Part shown: in pieces, positions 52,739 through 64,000 of the stretch | How the letters are laid out: the number at the start of each line of letters is the position of its first letter | How positions within the stretch are numbered: position 1 is the first letter of the stretch | Source: Styela clava | Lineage: Eukaryota | Direction of reading: 5' to 3' | Assembly (NCBI RefSeq): GCF_964204865.1 | Contig: NC_135261.1 | Location: 14,570,001 to 14,634,000 of the forward strand | Length of the DNA: 64,000 bases | Translations under genes and position numbers: made by a program | The notes under the pieces: model-generated | Told to the model about the DNA's origin: nothing | Seen by the model: the letters and a program-made list of their open reading frames with translations, nothing else | Database searches by the model: none

Positions 52739-55700
52739 ATGAAATATTTAACACCTTTTTTTGTGATCTTTGGTATCCTTGGCCGTACATACAGTAAGTT
52801 TGACAAGAGGCATTGATGCTTCTAATTTGTAAAAGAGAAAATTAGAATATCACAGGAAAAATTATACCAACCTTTTTTAAACAATGTATTTAATTAAGCG
52901 AAACGTGTTACAAATTGTTTGTCCCTTAATTACGTTGTTATATCCACTTTTAGACTTTGAAATATTCAAAGTATGAAAAGCCAATAACGTGTAACCAAAC
53001 TTGGATAATTACCAATTTAATTTCTTATTTCAATAACAAAGTTTATTTTACGATTTCGCTATGATTGTTTCATGCTTGCTAAAAACGATAAAACCTATTT
53101 TTTTTATTTTTATCTTCAGATCACTGACGTCTTGAACAATTTTGTAACAACCATTTATTATTTTAGGCTTGGATTGTTACGTTTGCAATGGTGCTCAATA
53201 TGATGGAGAGGCAGCGGAAACTTGTTTTACTATTGTAACAGGGACAACAGCTTCTGCTACTTGCGCTGCCGATGCCGGAACGAAAGTGCATTACTGCAAT
53301 GCAAAATTTACAGTTGTTGACGGTAAAGTTAAACTTTACTGATTTCTCAAAAAAATGTTGCACTGATATCAAACGAATATAAAATCATATATGTTTTGTC
53401 AATGTTGTTAAGGTGTCACTACGGCTGTTGAGCGAGCTTGTGCTGAGAGTGATGATGACGAAGACACTCACTCCAACGCAGTTCCAACCGCAGATAGATG
53501 TATAACTGTTATTGATGCTACCGGCAATCCGACCGCGATCACAGAATGCTTCTATCATTGCAGCGCACCCGACAACTGTAACACTGAAAATACAGGTTTG
53601 CATTTAGGATTGATTATTTTTGTACAAGATAAAAAGAAGAGAATTATTTGTATAATTGTTTTTCAGCCTCATTGAAACAATGCCCAAATAATTGTAACAG
53701 AGGAAGCTGCAACTATATCACCGGAGTATGCGTTTGTGACTCAGGATGGTCTGGTACTAATTGCAGCACGGCAGTTAGTAAGTAAATTCCTAATGTACAG
53801 ATTTTTACAAACATTTCCTGTGGTATGGCGTGTTGTATTGGACTGAAATTAATTTTTATTTGCTACAGAGAATCAAAGTGCAAGTACCATGCGTTTTATT
53901 AATATTTCTAGATGTCCCAAAATAGTCGTAGTACAGAACAATATGGTACTCTCGTTCGAAAAAAAAAATGAATTGATCAAAAAAGTGTTACTAATAGTAA
54001 TAAATCTATTTTTTCGGAACGAAAAAGAAAATATGCCACAAAGATGTTCAATTGGAAAGTTCTTCAGATATGACTATATATTTAGAAATAGGTCGAAACG
54101 TTCTGAATAGAGTTGAAACATGTAATTTAAAATCTACCCAGGGTAATAATATGAAAAAAGAATTAGGATTTATATTAATATAAGTCAACTTATTAAATAT
54201 TCTATGTTTTCCTAGCTTCAACCTCAAGCGGGGCCTCCAGAAAATGTGTTCAGTGTAACTCTGAAATTGATAGCGGATGTAGTACATCAACAACAAGTGT
54301 GGATTGTCCAGGGAATGAAGCATATTGCTCTACAGGAACATCAGCCATTTTTGACGGATGTAAGTAGAATTGTTATATTTAACGTAAATTGAGAAGCATA
54401 AAAATAAGTTGAAGAATCAATTTGTATATATTATTTCATATTCAGCCGATGCAGTTATCCGCACTGTCACCACTAAAGCTTGCACATCTGATTTCAAATC
54501 TGTTGATCAATGTGTATTCAACGAAATTCACACTGACTCACCGATTAACGATGTTGGTTACAGCGAGTTTAACTGTTTCTCTACCTGTGATACCAATGAC
54601 TGCAACACCAACACAGGTTTGATTTTCGATTTTTAACATAGAAATAATTTTTTCATTCAGTTTCATTATAAAATATTGAAAATTTCAATTTGACATTTGA
54701 AATATTTAACTACACGGCAGTTTGGGAAATTGATTACCCACATGATAATAGATAATATTATTTGTGCTTCAGCTGATGGAGTGATCAACGGTAATGAAGC
54801 AGTTGTGCTCCAATGTGTCGTTTGTAGTGATACAACAGGGGACGGTAGCTGCAACACAGCAACAGCAAGACAAGCTTGTCCGAGCGGATCAACTCATTGC
54901 AAACATACAGCAATATACCATATATCTGACAGAGTTGATCTTTCTTACACAGGTGGATAAATTACTTTTGTACAAAATATACCTGTAACGCAAAGTTAGT
55001 AATTTGTTTAAATTTCTTATTTTAGCTGTTTTCCAATAAATTATATTGTAATAAATATAAGCATTCATAGAGTGGCTATAATATTTACGAGGCACAACCA
55101 CAGCAAATAATGACTAATATATTATTCAGATAGTGCAGATATTTGCAGAGGAGACATTTTATTTTTTACATTAATATATACGAGTACATATATTTCATTT
55201 TTGAGAAAGGGTTTATGTTAAACTATCACTAACGCAAATAAACCTATAACAGCCGATCCAGGATATAAACTTGTTAGTGTTGTACGTGAGTGCGCCACTG
55301 CTGCCGTGACAAGAGAATGCGCTGAAGCTTCAGTCGGAAGTCTCAGTTTCAAGAAAGTCACTTGCACTGAAACATGCCAGGGTGACGGATGTAACGTTGG
55401 ATGGCGTGAGTTCTTTTTTACATTTTTTCAACTTACATTTAGTTTGTTTGAAACATATTTAGGATTCATTTTTTTGTTATCATTGTTTAATATTGGGAGT
55501 ATGTATTAATTAAATAAACACTGGATTTGAATATGATATTATGTTTCAAATATTCATTTATAAAATTATACACTTATTATTATTTTCACGCCGCTAGTAG
55601 TTTCTTCGTTATCCAAAATTAATGCATTCTCGAATTCCAATGGTTACCATTAGTTTATCTTACGTCAGTAGATGATATTTTCTACTTTATTTCTTGCTAG

Positions 55701-56773
55701 TTATATAACTCAATGCGTTTTAGCTGCAAGACCCGAATGTATCACATGCTCGTCACGTGCCACATACTATACTGATAGCTATGATCAATGCCTTGAAAAT
55801 CCACCAATGCCAGCTGCATGCAGTCATCCATACCACTCAAGTTGTGTAATCCACGAAAGCGGGCTCGAGAAAGGAACTAGGAGTATGTGAACCAATATTC
55901 TTTTTTTTTAAATTCACTTTACAAAATTGAACTCGATCAATTTAAACAATTTTAAACATATTCTTTAAAATAGTTCCATTTTCATTATAACAGAAAGTGT
56001 GGAGGGATATCCTCGTAGAATTACTCGCGGTTGTTCCTATGCTGGAATAGGAAATGGATGCACATCTGCGCAACCCCGTGACACTGAAATTGAGACATGC
56101 AATCGCACATGCACTACTGATGGATGCAACGTTGGTAAGATATCATTTGAAGTAAAATTGTTATATGCTATTACAGCACGAAACCTATCTCAAGATAGTA
56201 CTATAGCGTAAGGGTTACCGCTGCATTTTCCATTCGTCATGCACATCGCTTATTTATATGCTTTAATTTTGCTATGTACGCCTAATTTGTACATATCCTA
56301 GGAAATAATTAAATAGAAAATTAAATTAGTCACCATATTGAAGGAAGAAAGGTTAAATACAACATGTTATAATATTTTCATGTATTCATTCCATCAATGA
56401 CAATAATAAATATTTGGAATTATTTCCTGGTATCTACCAACAAATTGCTTCCTTTTATACGAGCAGCGGGTGACACGGTAGACCTTGGACCGCACCTTAG
56501 TAGGCAATATATCGCGGTAGACATCATTTTATAATAGCATAGTAGTATAGTATGTTTGAAAAAATAGAAAAGTTCAAAATCGAATCATATACGTTATGTC
56601 CAGCCATGACTGCCATAGCAGTTTTTTTAATGATTATAGGCATGAGAAGCAAACTGGGTCTCAAGTATCACTTATTCTTAATTTCAGGAAGCGGAGGTTT
56701 GATGCCAGTTGTTACTCTTCTGACATTCCTTCTTCCAGCAGCCTTAGGATTGCTCACACAACGTTATTTTTAA
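52739..56773 (+). CDS. Array copy 10: intact 512-aa protein, B-type
   Basis: Exons 52739-52793, 53167-53322, 53413-53595, 53667-53777, 54216-54359, 54446-54616, 54773-54952, 55253-55405, 55724-55882, 55994-56134, 56688-56773, total 1539 nt, open. Confidence 0.88.
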
Positions 56774-59700
56774 ACTAAACTTCAAGAGTAATTTTATTTC
56801 TATAAACATTGATGTTATTACTTTCATTTTTAATAACAAAAGTGCAGAATTTAATTTTAGTATTGCCGTGAAAATTATTATCAAGAAGTGATATTTACGT
56901 TTTTGTAGTTTTAACGACGATGAATTAAGTCATAACATCTGTTACAGAAGTATTTTATTTATTCAAGCTTTAATGAGTAAAATTTTTGACTACAAAGAAG
57001 TTGATCTTGGTTTTCAATATAACTTTTACGAGCAATGATATCAAGAAATGGATGCTATAGCACGATATAATTAACGTAATGAAAAATGAATCACACTTAT
57101 GTAAAATGGTATTGCGCAATACAAAGAATAACATTGCAGCAAACTCAGAACTCATTCGCAAAATTAAATCGGAAATGGAATAATTGTCAGGCATTCCCAG
57201 TTGTTCTCAAAAATAACTGCAGAAGATAAATAACATTTTCAGTTGGTGTTTAGACAAATATATAGTGATATCGAATGAATGCCAATAATGAAATGTGACC
57301 TATTATTCGATTAAATATCACGGGACGCAAAATTTAACGTCGGAGAAATCGCGCCCTTCTTGACACGTGAGGAAGTTTGCTATTTTTTAGTAGGTTCATA
57401 TTGGTAAATGTTGTTATCAGACTATTCATCTTGACTAAATTTATGGTCAAGCCTTTCATAACAATAATAATGATCCCGTGAGTAAAATAATTCAAATTTT
57501 AATACCCATTTTTTCACCAAGGACTCAATAATTTTTAATTTAAATTCATGTTTACATTGTCTGAAGAATATATGGAATATCAAGATTGATTTAAACCATT
57601 CAAGGTCCCAGGGATAGTTATTTGATGTTACAAACTAATCTTATATACTATAGTAACCGATATTTACTCAATATCGAGTGCTTACTTATGTGTGCCAATT
57701 TACATAGCCAATAAATACGAATAACAGAAAAATGACAGAGAGTTATTTATATTGACACAGCAATAATTTTTTTGTCGAAATCAACTATCGGGAAATTTGT
57801 GAATAATTTTAAAGGAAACTGACATCACAATTCAGCAAAAAGGAATCATCTGACGAAATATAAATGAGATATGCAAATACATTCTCTATTTAAAAACAAC
57901 CACATACCCGGTATGAATTACTGAAAAAACAATTGAGGAATTAATAATTTTCCCAAGACTATTTTCAAAGAATGAGCGGAAATTTTTGAAGATGTGGGAA
58001 GTAATCAAATGAACGACAAAAATACCAAAATATTTTCCGAGATACTTCTATAGATATGCAGCTAGACATAAATGAATACCACAACATATGTTGTCCTAAA
58101 GAGCACACTTGCAAATGGTTCGATATACATTTTATCAAGCAATGCAAATCGTTGGTAGCCATTGCATTCATTTACTATTGTGCGTATTCTCATGATCTGA
58201 ATTTGTTCGAAAGAGTTAATGGTAATTTGGATCACCTTTTTTTAAAATAGGTTACTTTTGATATAGACTATATCGTGTTTGCTGTTTAGTATTTTATGTA
58301 CTAATTCGGTTTTGCTTTTGACAAATTTACTAGTTGTTCAACGGGAATAAACAGTTTGTACCATATGGTATATTGGCTGAAGTCTTGGCTAGTTCAAGCC
58401 TACATCTAATAGCGTTCTGATTTTTATATAGAACTCTTATTGACATGTTTTGGGGACTTTGTTTGAAATTTCATCTTGTTTGTAATAAAATAAAACGCTT
58501 GCATATAAAACACTACTAAACCAGAAAAAATATCCATAATGGCAATTTTACTACTTTTTAGTAATATCGAATACATGAATGAAAAATATAAATTTTAAGA
58601 TAATTTTTCATCCCATTCAATGCTCAGCCATTTTTAAGACAAGTGTATTTTCTATTTACATTAGTTCAAAATTACAAAATCTATAATTCCACAAAACGCA
58701 CACACAAGAACTAAACTATCGGAGTTGGGTTGGTAACGTGATGTATATATACAGCTATTTAAGTGATGAACATGCAAGCCTATGCAATAAACTATATATA
58801 CAGCCAGATGAATATATAAAAGTCAATGTCATAAGCATATATCTTGTATTCAAATGAAAAAATATACAACAATTCAAGTTATAGTATGCCTGGTCAACGC
58901 AATATACAGCTATAGACTATTATTTGATGTTGATACAGAATTCAAAGCCATATGCATATACGACCAGCTTACTATACGTATACAACTACTGTTTAGAAAT
59001 TCGTTGTAAACTGTGGACAAACCTATCGGAGTTTGCTGCAGACTATCATTTCTCGCAGTATTTATTTTTAACTATTACGTTATTTTCACTAATTTTAAAA
59101 AACGTATCTTTTTGACGTATCGTTACGATTGCATAAAGGAGATTACTTATACCAAGTGTAAAGTAGATATATTTAAATTCATTGTATCTTTGCACAAAGC
59201 CCCTGCCATCGATGCAAAAATGTAAAATTAAAGAAAAAATGTCAAGTTCAAAATAACGAATTTGTGATTATACAGTTAGGATTATGGTTAGGTTTAGAAA
59301 TGAGTCGACAATTTGAATTTACAACGAATTCTGCATTCCTAGTCAAAACTCTAACTAGATAATTAATAATTTTCTTATTTTGAGCGTTGGCGGGTTTTTT
59401 TTCTTGGTGAGCTTTGTACAGAAAATCCGTATCATTCAGCGGTATCAACGTGTTGTTTACGCACCACGATGCATACACATTTAGACGCTCATAGTAGATA
59501 AGTACGTTAAGGAGGTTGTAAGGTATTTTGTCATAATACTCCAAACCACCTGGTGGGTATGCTGGTGACAACAACGACATTAAGATATTCTTTGCAATGA
59601 ACTTATTGTTTGGCACTTTTAAGTATCATTTTTATTTACGTATTCATGTACCACGAGCGGCTGAATTTGTATGTGTGCATCGTTATGCGCTAATAACGAA

Positions 59701-60326
59701 GAAAAATGGAGGAAAAAGAAATGGATTGGCTGTTCATGTTCATTAACATAAAATGGCTGTATATGTGTATGAGGTGGCGGTATATGCATATTTTGGCTCG
59801 ATATGTATGGCACCTTACCTACCTATCAAATCAAAACAACTAAAAATTAAAAGGAAATAATAACGAAATACCGACATCGAAATTTTAATTATATGTACAC
59901 GAAAAAATACAGAATCGTTTCACATGGAAATCAACGTACTCATTCACTACAAGCACGTTATGGTAAAAAGTGGTATTGCGTTTGAATGACTGAGTATTAG
60001 ATTTCCTTCGATCTGGACCAGAGGTTACCACGATCAGCCATATGGAGGATTTTGTGCAACTTTAAAATAAAACTGTAAAAAGCATCTTGATATTTTTTTC
60101 AGTAGCTCTGCCCCGTGTAAAAATTGATTTTGCAACAAACGCTATTTTATAGTGCAAATCGCAAAATATTCCATAATTATTAGTCACCAACAATAACGAT
60201 AACATATATACACAAAAAACGCATAACTCATTTACCCTCGTCGCAGGTTTTAAAGCTAATTATTCCGGATCATGATGAAATAAAATCGAATGTATTCAAT
60301 AAATTTTATATATTTTTTTTCATATC

Positions 60327-60575
60327 ATGGGAGAAAATGGGAGAGTGTTTCGTCTTGACACTGATAAAAACACACGGAAATAAATGGCAAAAATGGGAAC
60401 TGAACATGGAGACCGTCGTGCCGCAGTATTAGATGGAATGGTATATGTCAGCGGAGGCACTGTTTCAGAGCATAACATCTATTTATATCAATCGACATTC
60501 CAGAGATTGTATAGTTGGGGTAAAAGCGTTATTACTTCATCAAGTTGTCCGTTTACCAAACGCGTTAATATTTAA
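60327..60575 (+). pseudogene. Kelch-repeat gene relic
   Basis: GRVFRLDTDKNTRK*MAKMGTEHGDRRAAVLDGMVYVSGG matches the kelch blade pattern (M..aav.dG.vYv.GG) and carries an in-frame stop at 60381. Confidence 0.6.
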
Positions 60576-60918
60576 CTAAGTCGCGATTTAACTGAAATTG
60601 GTATGGAATTTTAAAGCTTATATTACCGAACGTGGGATTGTATATTTTCTGCAACAAAAATAAATTTCGACTGAACAATATAAAGTCAAAACAATAAAAT
60701 TCTGTGTAATTTTAGGACTAGCATATTTTATAATTTTTATTTATTATTTTATACAACCTGATAGTATCATAAACGCTAGCCTACTATCTTTATCTTTGCC
60801 CCCTTTAACGAAATGTGGCAATTGGTGACAGTGAAACAATGGCGATAAAGACTATTGTATCATAAATCGAGCACGACTTTTATACATATTTTGAATCAAA
60901 ATTACTTCCCGCCCGAAT

Positions 60919-60944
60919 CCGGCCCGCGGGCCGTATGTCTGACA
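60919..60944. mobile_element. hAT (Charlie/Buster-like) terminal relic
   Basis: Palindromic CGGCCCGCGGGCCG followed by TATGTCTGACA, typical of Charlie-group subterminal sequence. Confidence 0.45.
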
Positions 60945-61887
60945 TAAAACCGCAATTTTGTTGCTACCATCACGATATAATGTATTGCAATGTGCGCCAC
61001 TGCAGTTTACATATTCTCATATTCTATCGCGTGGAGTTTGATTCTTGAACTTTTGATTCTTTCCGATATAAAGGGGGTATTTTACAATTACCTAAATAGT
61101 GTTATTTACAACGTATTAACACACTTATGCACGAAATTTATCAACAGATTTTTTTATTGAGTGTCTAGAGAGCCCAGAGAGCCTGAAATGCTCTAAAATA
61201 AACAATATTTATATAGGTATATAAATTTCTTTATAGATAGATGGAAATTGAAGGGGAAATCCATCCTCAATAATTCAGCGAGTATAGAGAGCTTCGTCCG
61301 TTATACATTATGGTGAATCGGTAGGAAAGAATCTCCTCAATTCAGAGAGCTGCATGTATGGCTGTTTAGCAATTCGACTAATTTACCACAAGCGCACAAT
61401 GTTTATTATTTTTGGTAATTCCAAGAAGCTCGATTGCAACTGCTTTTGAATTTTTTCCCACCTGGTTCTGGATTTTCATATTCAGCATGTTTTTGATGCT
61501 AAAAAAGCTTTGGCGCATGACCAGTATTGGAATTCAACGGGTCGCTCAATATCGCCCAAACTTGTTCTTGAGCCGTGAGAAACATAAATGTTTGTAAATA
61601 AGATACATGTTGTTCAATACAAAAGAGAACCGCTTAAAATTTTAAAAATCCAAAATAATAAAACTTGAACAATCGTATAATTCTTACGGATGCATATAAC
61701 TCGGACAGACAGATAGAGCTATGTCTAATATTTCATTGAGGCCCATATTTCATCATTTATTTCGTAGAGTAACTTGTATTTATGGTGCAATTAAGTATGT
61801 CCCAGTGAGAGAAGAAGGTTTTTATGTTGCAAAATTGAAATCTTAAAACCATTAGGCTTATGAATAATGTTAATGAATCCATTAGAT

Positions 61888-61952
61888 CAGTGATTCTCAA
61901 ACTAGGGCTTGAAAGCCGCATGCGGCTCTCAACAACCTTTCCTGCGGCTCTT
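61888..61952. mobile_element. hAT (Charlie/Buster-like) element end
   Basis: CAGTGATTCTCAAACT TIR-like start followed by AGCCGCATGCGGCT and a second TGCGGCTC motif. Confidence 0.55.
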
Positions 61953-62406
61953 GTTGATGCTTTAAAAATTAATTACTTTCAAAACAAATGTTCATTGAAA
62001 ACTAATCATTGACCTGAAATTAAAATGCGGAAGTCTATTTGTAAGTCTAATGTTTATTAGCGTAGTGTTGACTAATCTACAAGATGCAATAGTGACGCAA
62101 CAGTAAGCGTTTTTGCGGCCACTAGAACACTTTTTACTTGCAAAGATTTTAGGCATGGCTGTAATCATTGGCTTGTTTCTGTGGATTTTCAGTTTTTGTC
62201 GCATTTCCGAATATTATGTATAAATCAAATAATTCAATGATTATTTTAATTTTTAGAGCATTTTAATTTTTTTTCCAGAAATCTAAAATAGTACCGAAAT
62301 ATCTGGTGATCATCTCAAGCAGTTACTGCACCTTGCATCCTCCACGATTACGACCCGCTTTGACAAACTTATTAGAAATCAAAGCCAAATCAGATGGCTG
62401 TTAGTC

Positions 62407-62490
62407 TAGGGTGGGCAAAATCGAATCTTTTTTCGAATCGAATAATTTGAATATTTATAACGAATACCGAATAGTCGAATAATGAATATT
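62407..62490. mobile_element. hAT-like element end with CGAAT subterminal repeats
   Basis: TAGGGTGGGCA followed by multiple CGAAT(A) units. Confidence 0.45.
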
Positions 62491-63241
62491 TTTATACATA
62501 ACAGGGATCCAAAACGTCGGAGGTATATGCTCCATTTGAAAACTAAAAAAAACATTGAAAAGACGGCAATAAAGCGTTTTCCACTGCATGGTTAATGGTT
62601 AATTTCATCATAATCGCTGATTGCCTTTGTCACCGCGATCGTTTCGGCTGCGATATCCTAAAGTTGGTGTTCTATATTCCCGCCCTTTCTCGTTTTTTGC
62701 AAGAATAAGGGGTCGCCGGATATCGAAGTTTCATATTTCCAGTATACCCTTGCGTTCACATCAGCGACAGCTGTTGAATACATTAAGGGCTGATTTCAAA
62801 ACCAAATTAATTTTATTCTGAGTTTTATCCTCTGCCTTGGATTTGATCACCGCTTCCCTTATCACCGCTTGTAAATTAACTGTGCCTGTTTAAAGTGAAC
62901 GGTAACCGAGACCGGTAAGTGAGTTTCTCATGCTTTTCTATGATGTTCGTGTTATTTTAGTATTAGATAGATAAACCTAGCAAATTTACGATTGCGTGAA
63001 TCCTGAATGTTGATTTAAAATAGCGATTGAATAAATTGTCAATAAATGCATTTCTAGGCTATTGTGCCTAATAAAGGGTCAGACGCTAATTATAACTAAT
63101 TCCTTAAAGTTTTAACCTTTTTTTTTTTCAACAAAACAACACCCCGATGGTTTTTATAGCTAAAATACTTTTCTTTACGGAATTTGCAAATTCAGCACTT
63201 CACTTGATGATTTTGATTATGTCATGCCGTAAGGCTTAATT

Positions 63242-63307
63242 CAGCGTTTCCCAACCCGAGTCCGCGGTCTCAAATGGGTCCGCGTAGCGTTTGAATGCGT
63301 CCGCAAG
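63242..63307. mobile_element. hAT-like element end
   Basis: CAGCGTTTCCCAAC TIR-like start followed by three GTCCGC motifs. Confidence 0.5.
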
Positions 63308-64000
63308 GTCGCAAACGTTTTTGCGAAAGTTAACTATCAGCCAAGTTACGATTTACGTTAAAATTCACATAAAATATAAAAAGCAAGTTTATTCACATAA
63401 TATTAATCAAGTCAATTATTACTAGTTACTGAGTATGGCTGTGCATATATTCGAATATTCAACTATTAGAATAGCAATTCACTATTCCAAAATTTGGTAA
63501 CAGGTGAGGCGACAGGTCAAAACGATTGGATTTCACAACTCACTTGCGAATTTCCGACGAAAACTCGAGCACACGCGTGGTGTTTCTCGCGAGTTCGAAC
63601 TACGAGGAATAAATTTATTCTAGTACTTGCGAATGGTGGCAACCCAAATTTTCTGAATTGAAAAGCGGCAATACAAAATACTAAAAATAAAACGAAGTAC
63701 ACCGTAACTTTTGTTTTATGATTGTACGCGACCGATAAAAAACGCTTCGTTAGACATTGCAAATCGCAAAAATTCGGGTGATACTGTAGTTGTGTAGTAT
63801 ATGTACCAGGACATTTTCCCTTAGGCCTCCACATTGGTACGTACAGTACCGAAGCGCCGTAAGTGTCGTACGAACAGCTCAGACTTGTTGAATAATGAAT
63901 TCACAAAAATGTGATCAAAACAAAATATAATCTGGCACTTTACTACGCATTTATGTGTCCACGGATTGTCATGATATTTTCTGATTAGTATTGCTTTTAT

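Noticed and set aside
1-56773. Programmed somatic rearrangement signals (RSS-like) or a CRISPR-like array
   Set aside because: No conserved heptamer/nonamer or repeat-spacer pattern was seen; the junctions look like ordinary homologous or microhomology events.
75-56778. The many 60-124 aa ORFs of the ORF track as independent small genes
   Set aside because: They are single exons with intronic run-on, alternative frames, antisense shadows or AT-rich chance ORFs that recur only because the DNA is duplicated.

Overview
AT-rich eukaryotic genomic DNA. The intron-rich genes, MITE/hAT/Helentron-type repeats and a kelch relic suggest an invertebrate, possibly an ascidian (inference only). Positions 1-56.8 kb hold a head-to-tail array of 10 copies, spaced about 5.8-6.3 kb apart, of one 11-coding-exon + strand gene that the ORF track only shows as fragments. 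Manual splicing gives a 512-516 aa protein: signal peptide - LU1 - EGF - LU2 - LU3 - LU4 - GPI-anchor signal. Each LU is a 10-Cys Ly6/uPAR (three-finger)-like domain encoded by two exons, and all ten coding introns are phase 1. Copies 1 (ATG just outside the window), 2, 3, 7 and 10 are intact. Copy 4 has a 1-nt A-run frameshift, copy 5 lost half of LU3, copy 8 has a frameshifted but still hydrophobic tail, and copies 6 and 9 are pseudogenes. The copies are mosaics of two promoter types and two LU4/tail types (A and B). They show exon-sized conversion tracts, variation concentrated in inter-cysteine loops, and readable duplication/deletion junctions. The best candidate new system is a recombining, birth-and-death family of GPI-anchored 4xLU+EGF surface proteins; a recognition role is a hypothesis. 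Positions 57-64 kb are non-array flank with transposon ends, a kelch relic and an orphan ORF pair.
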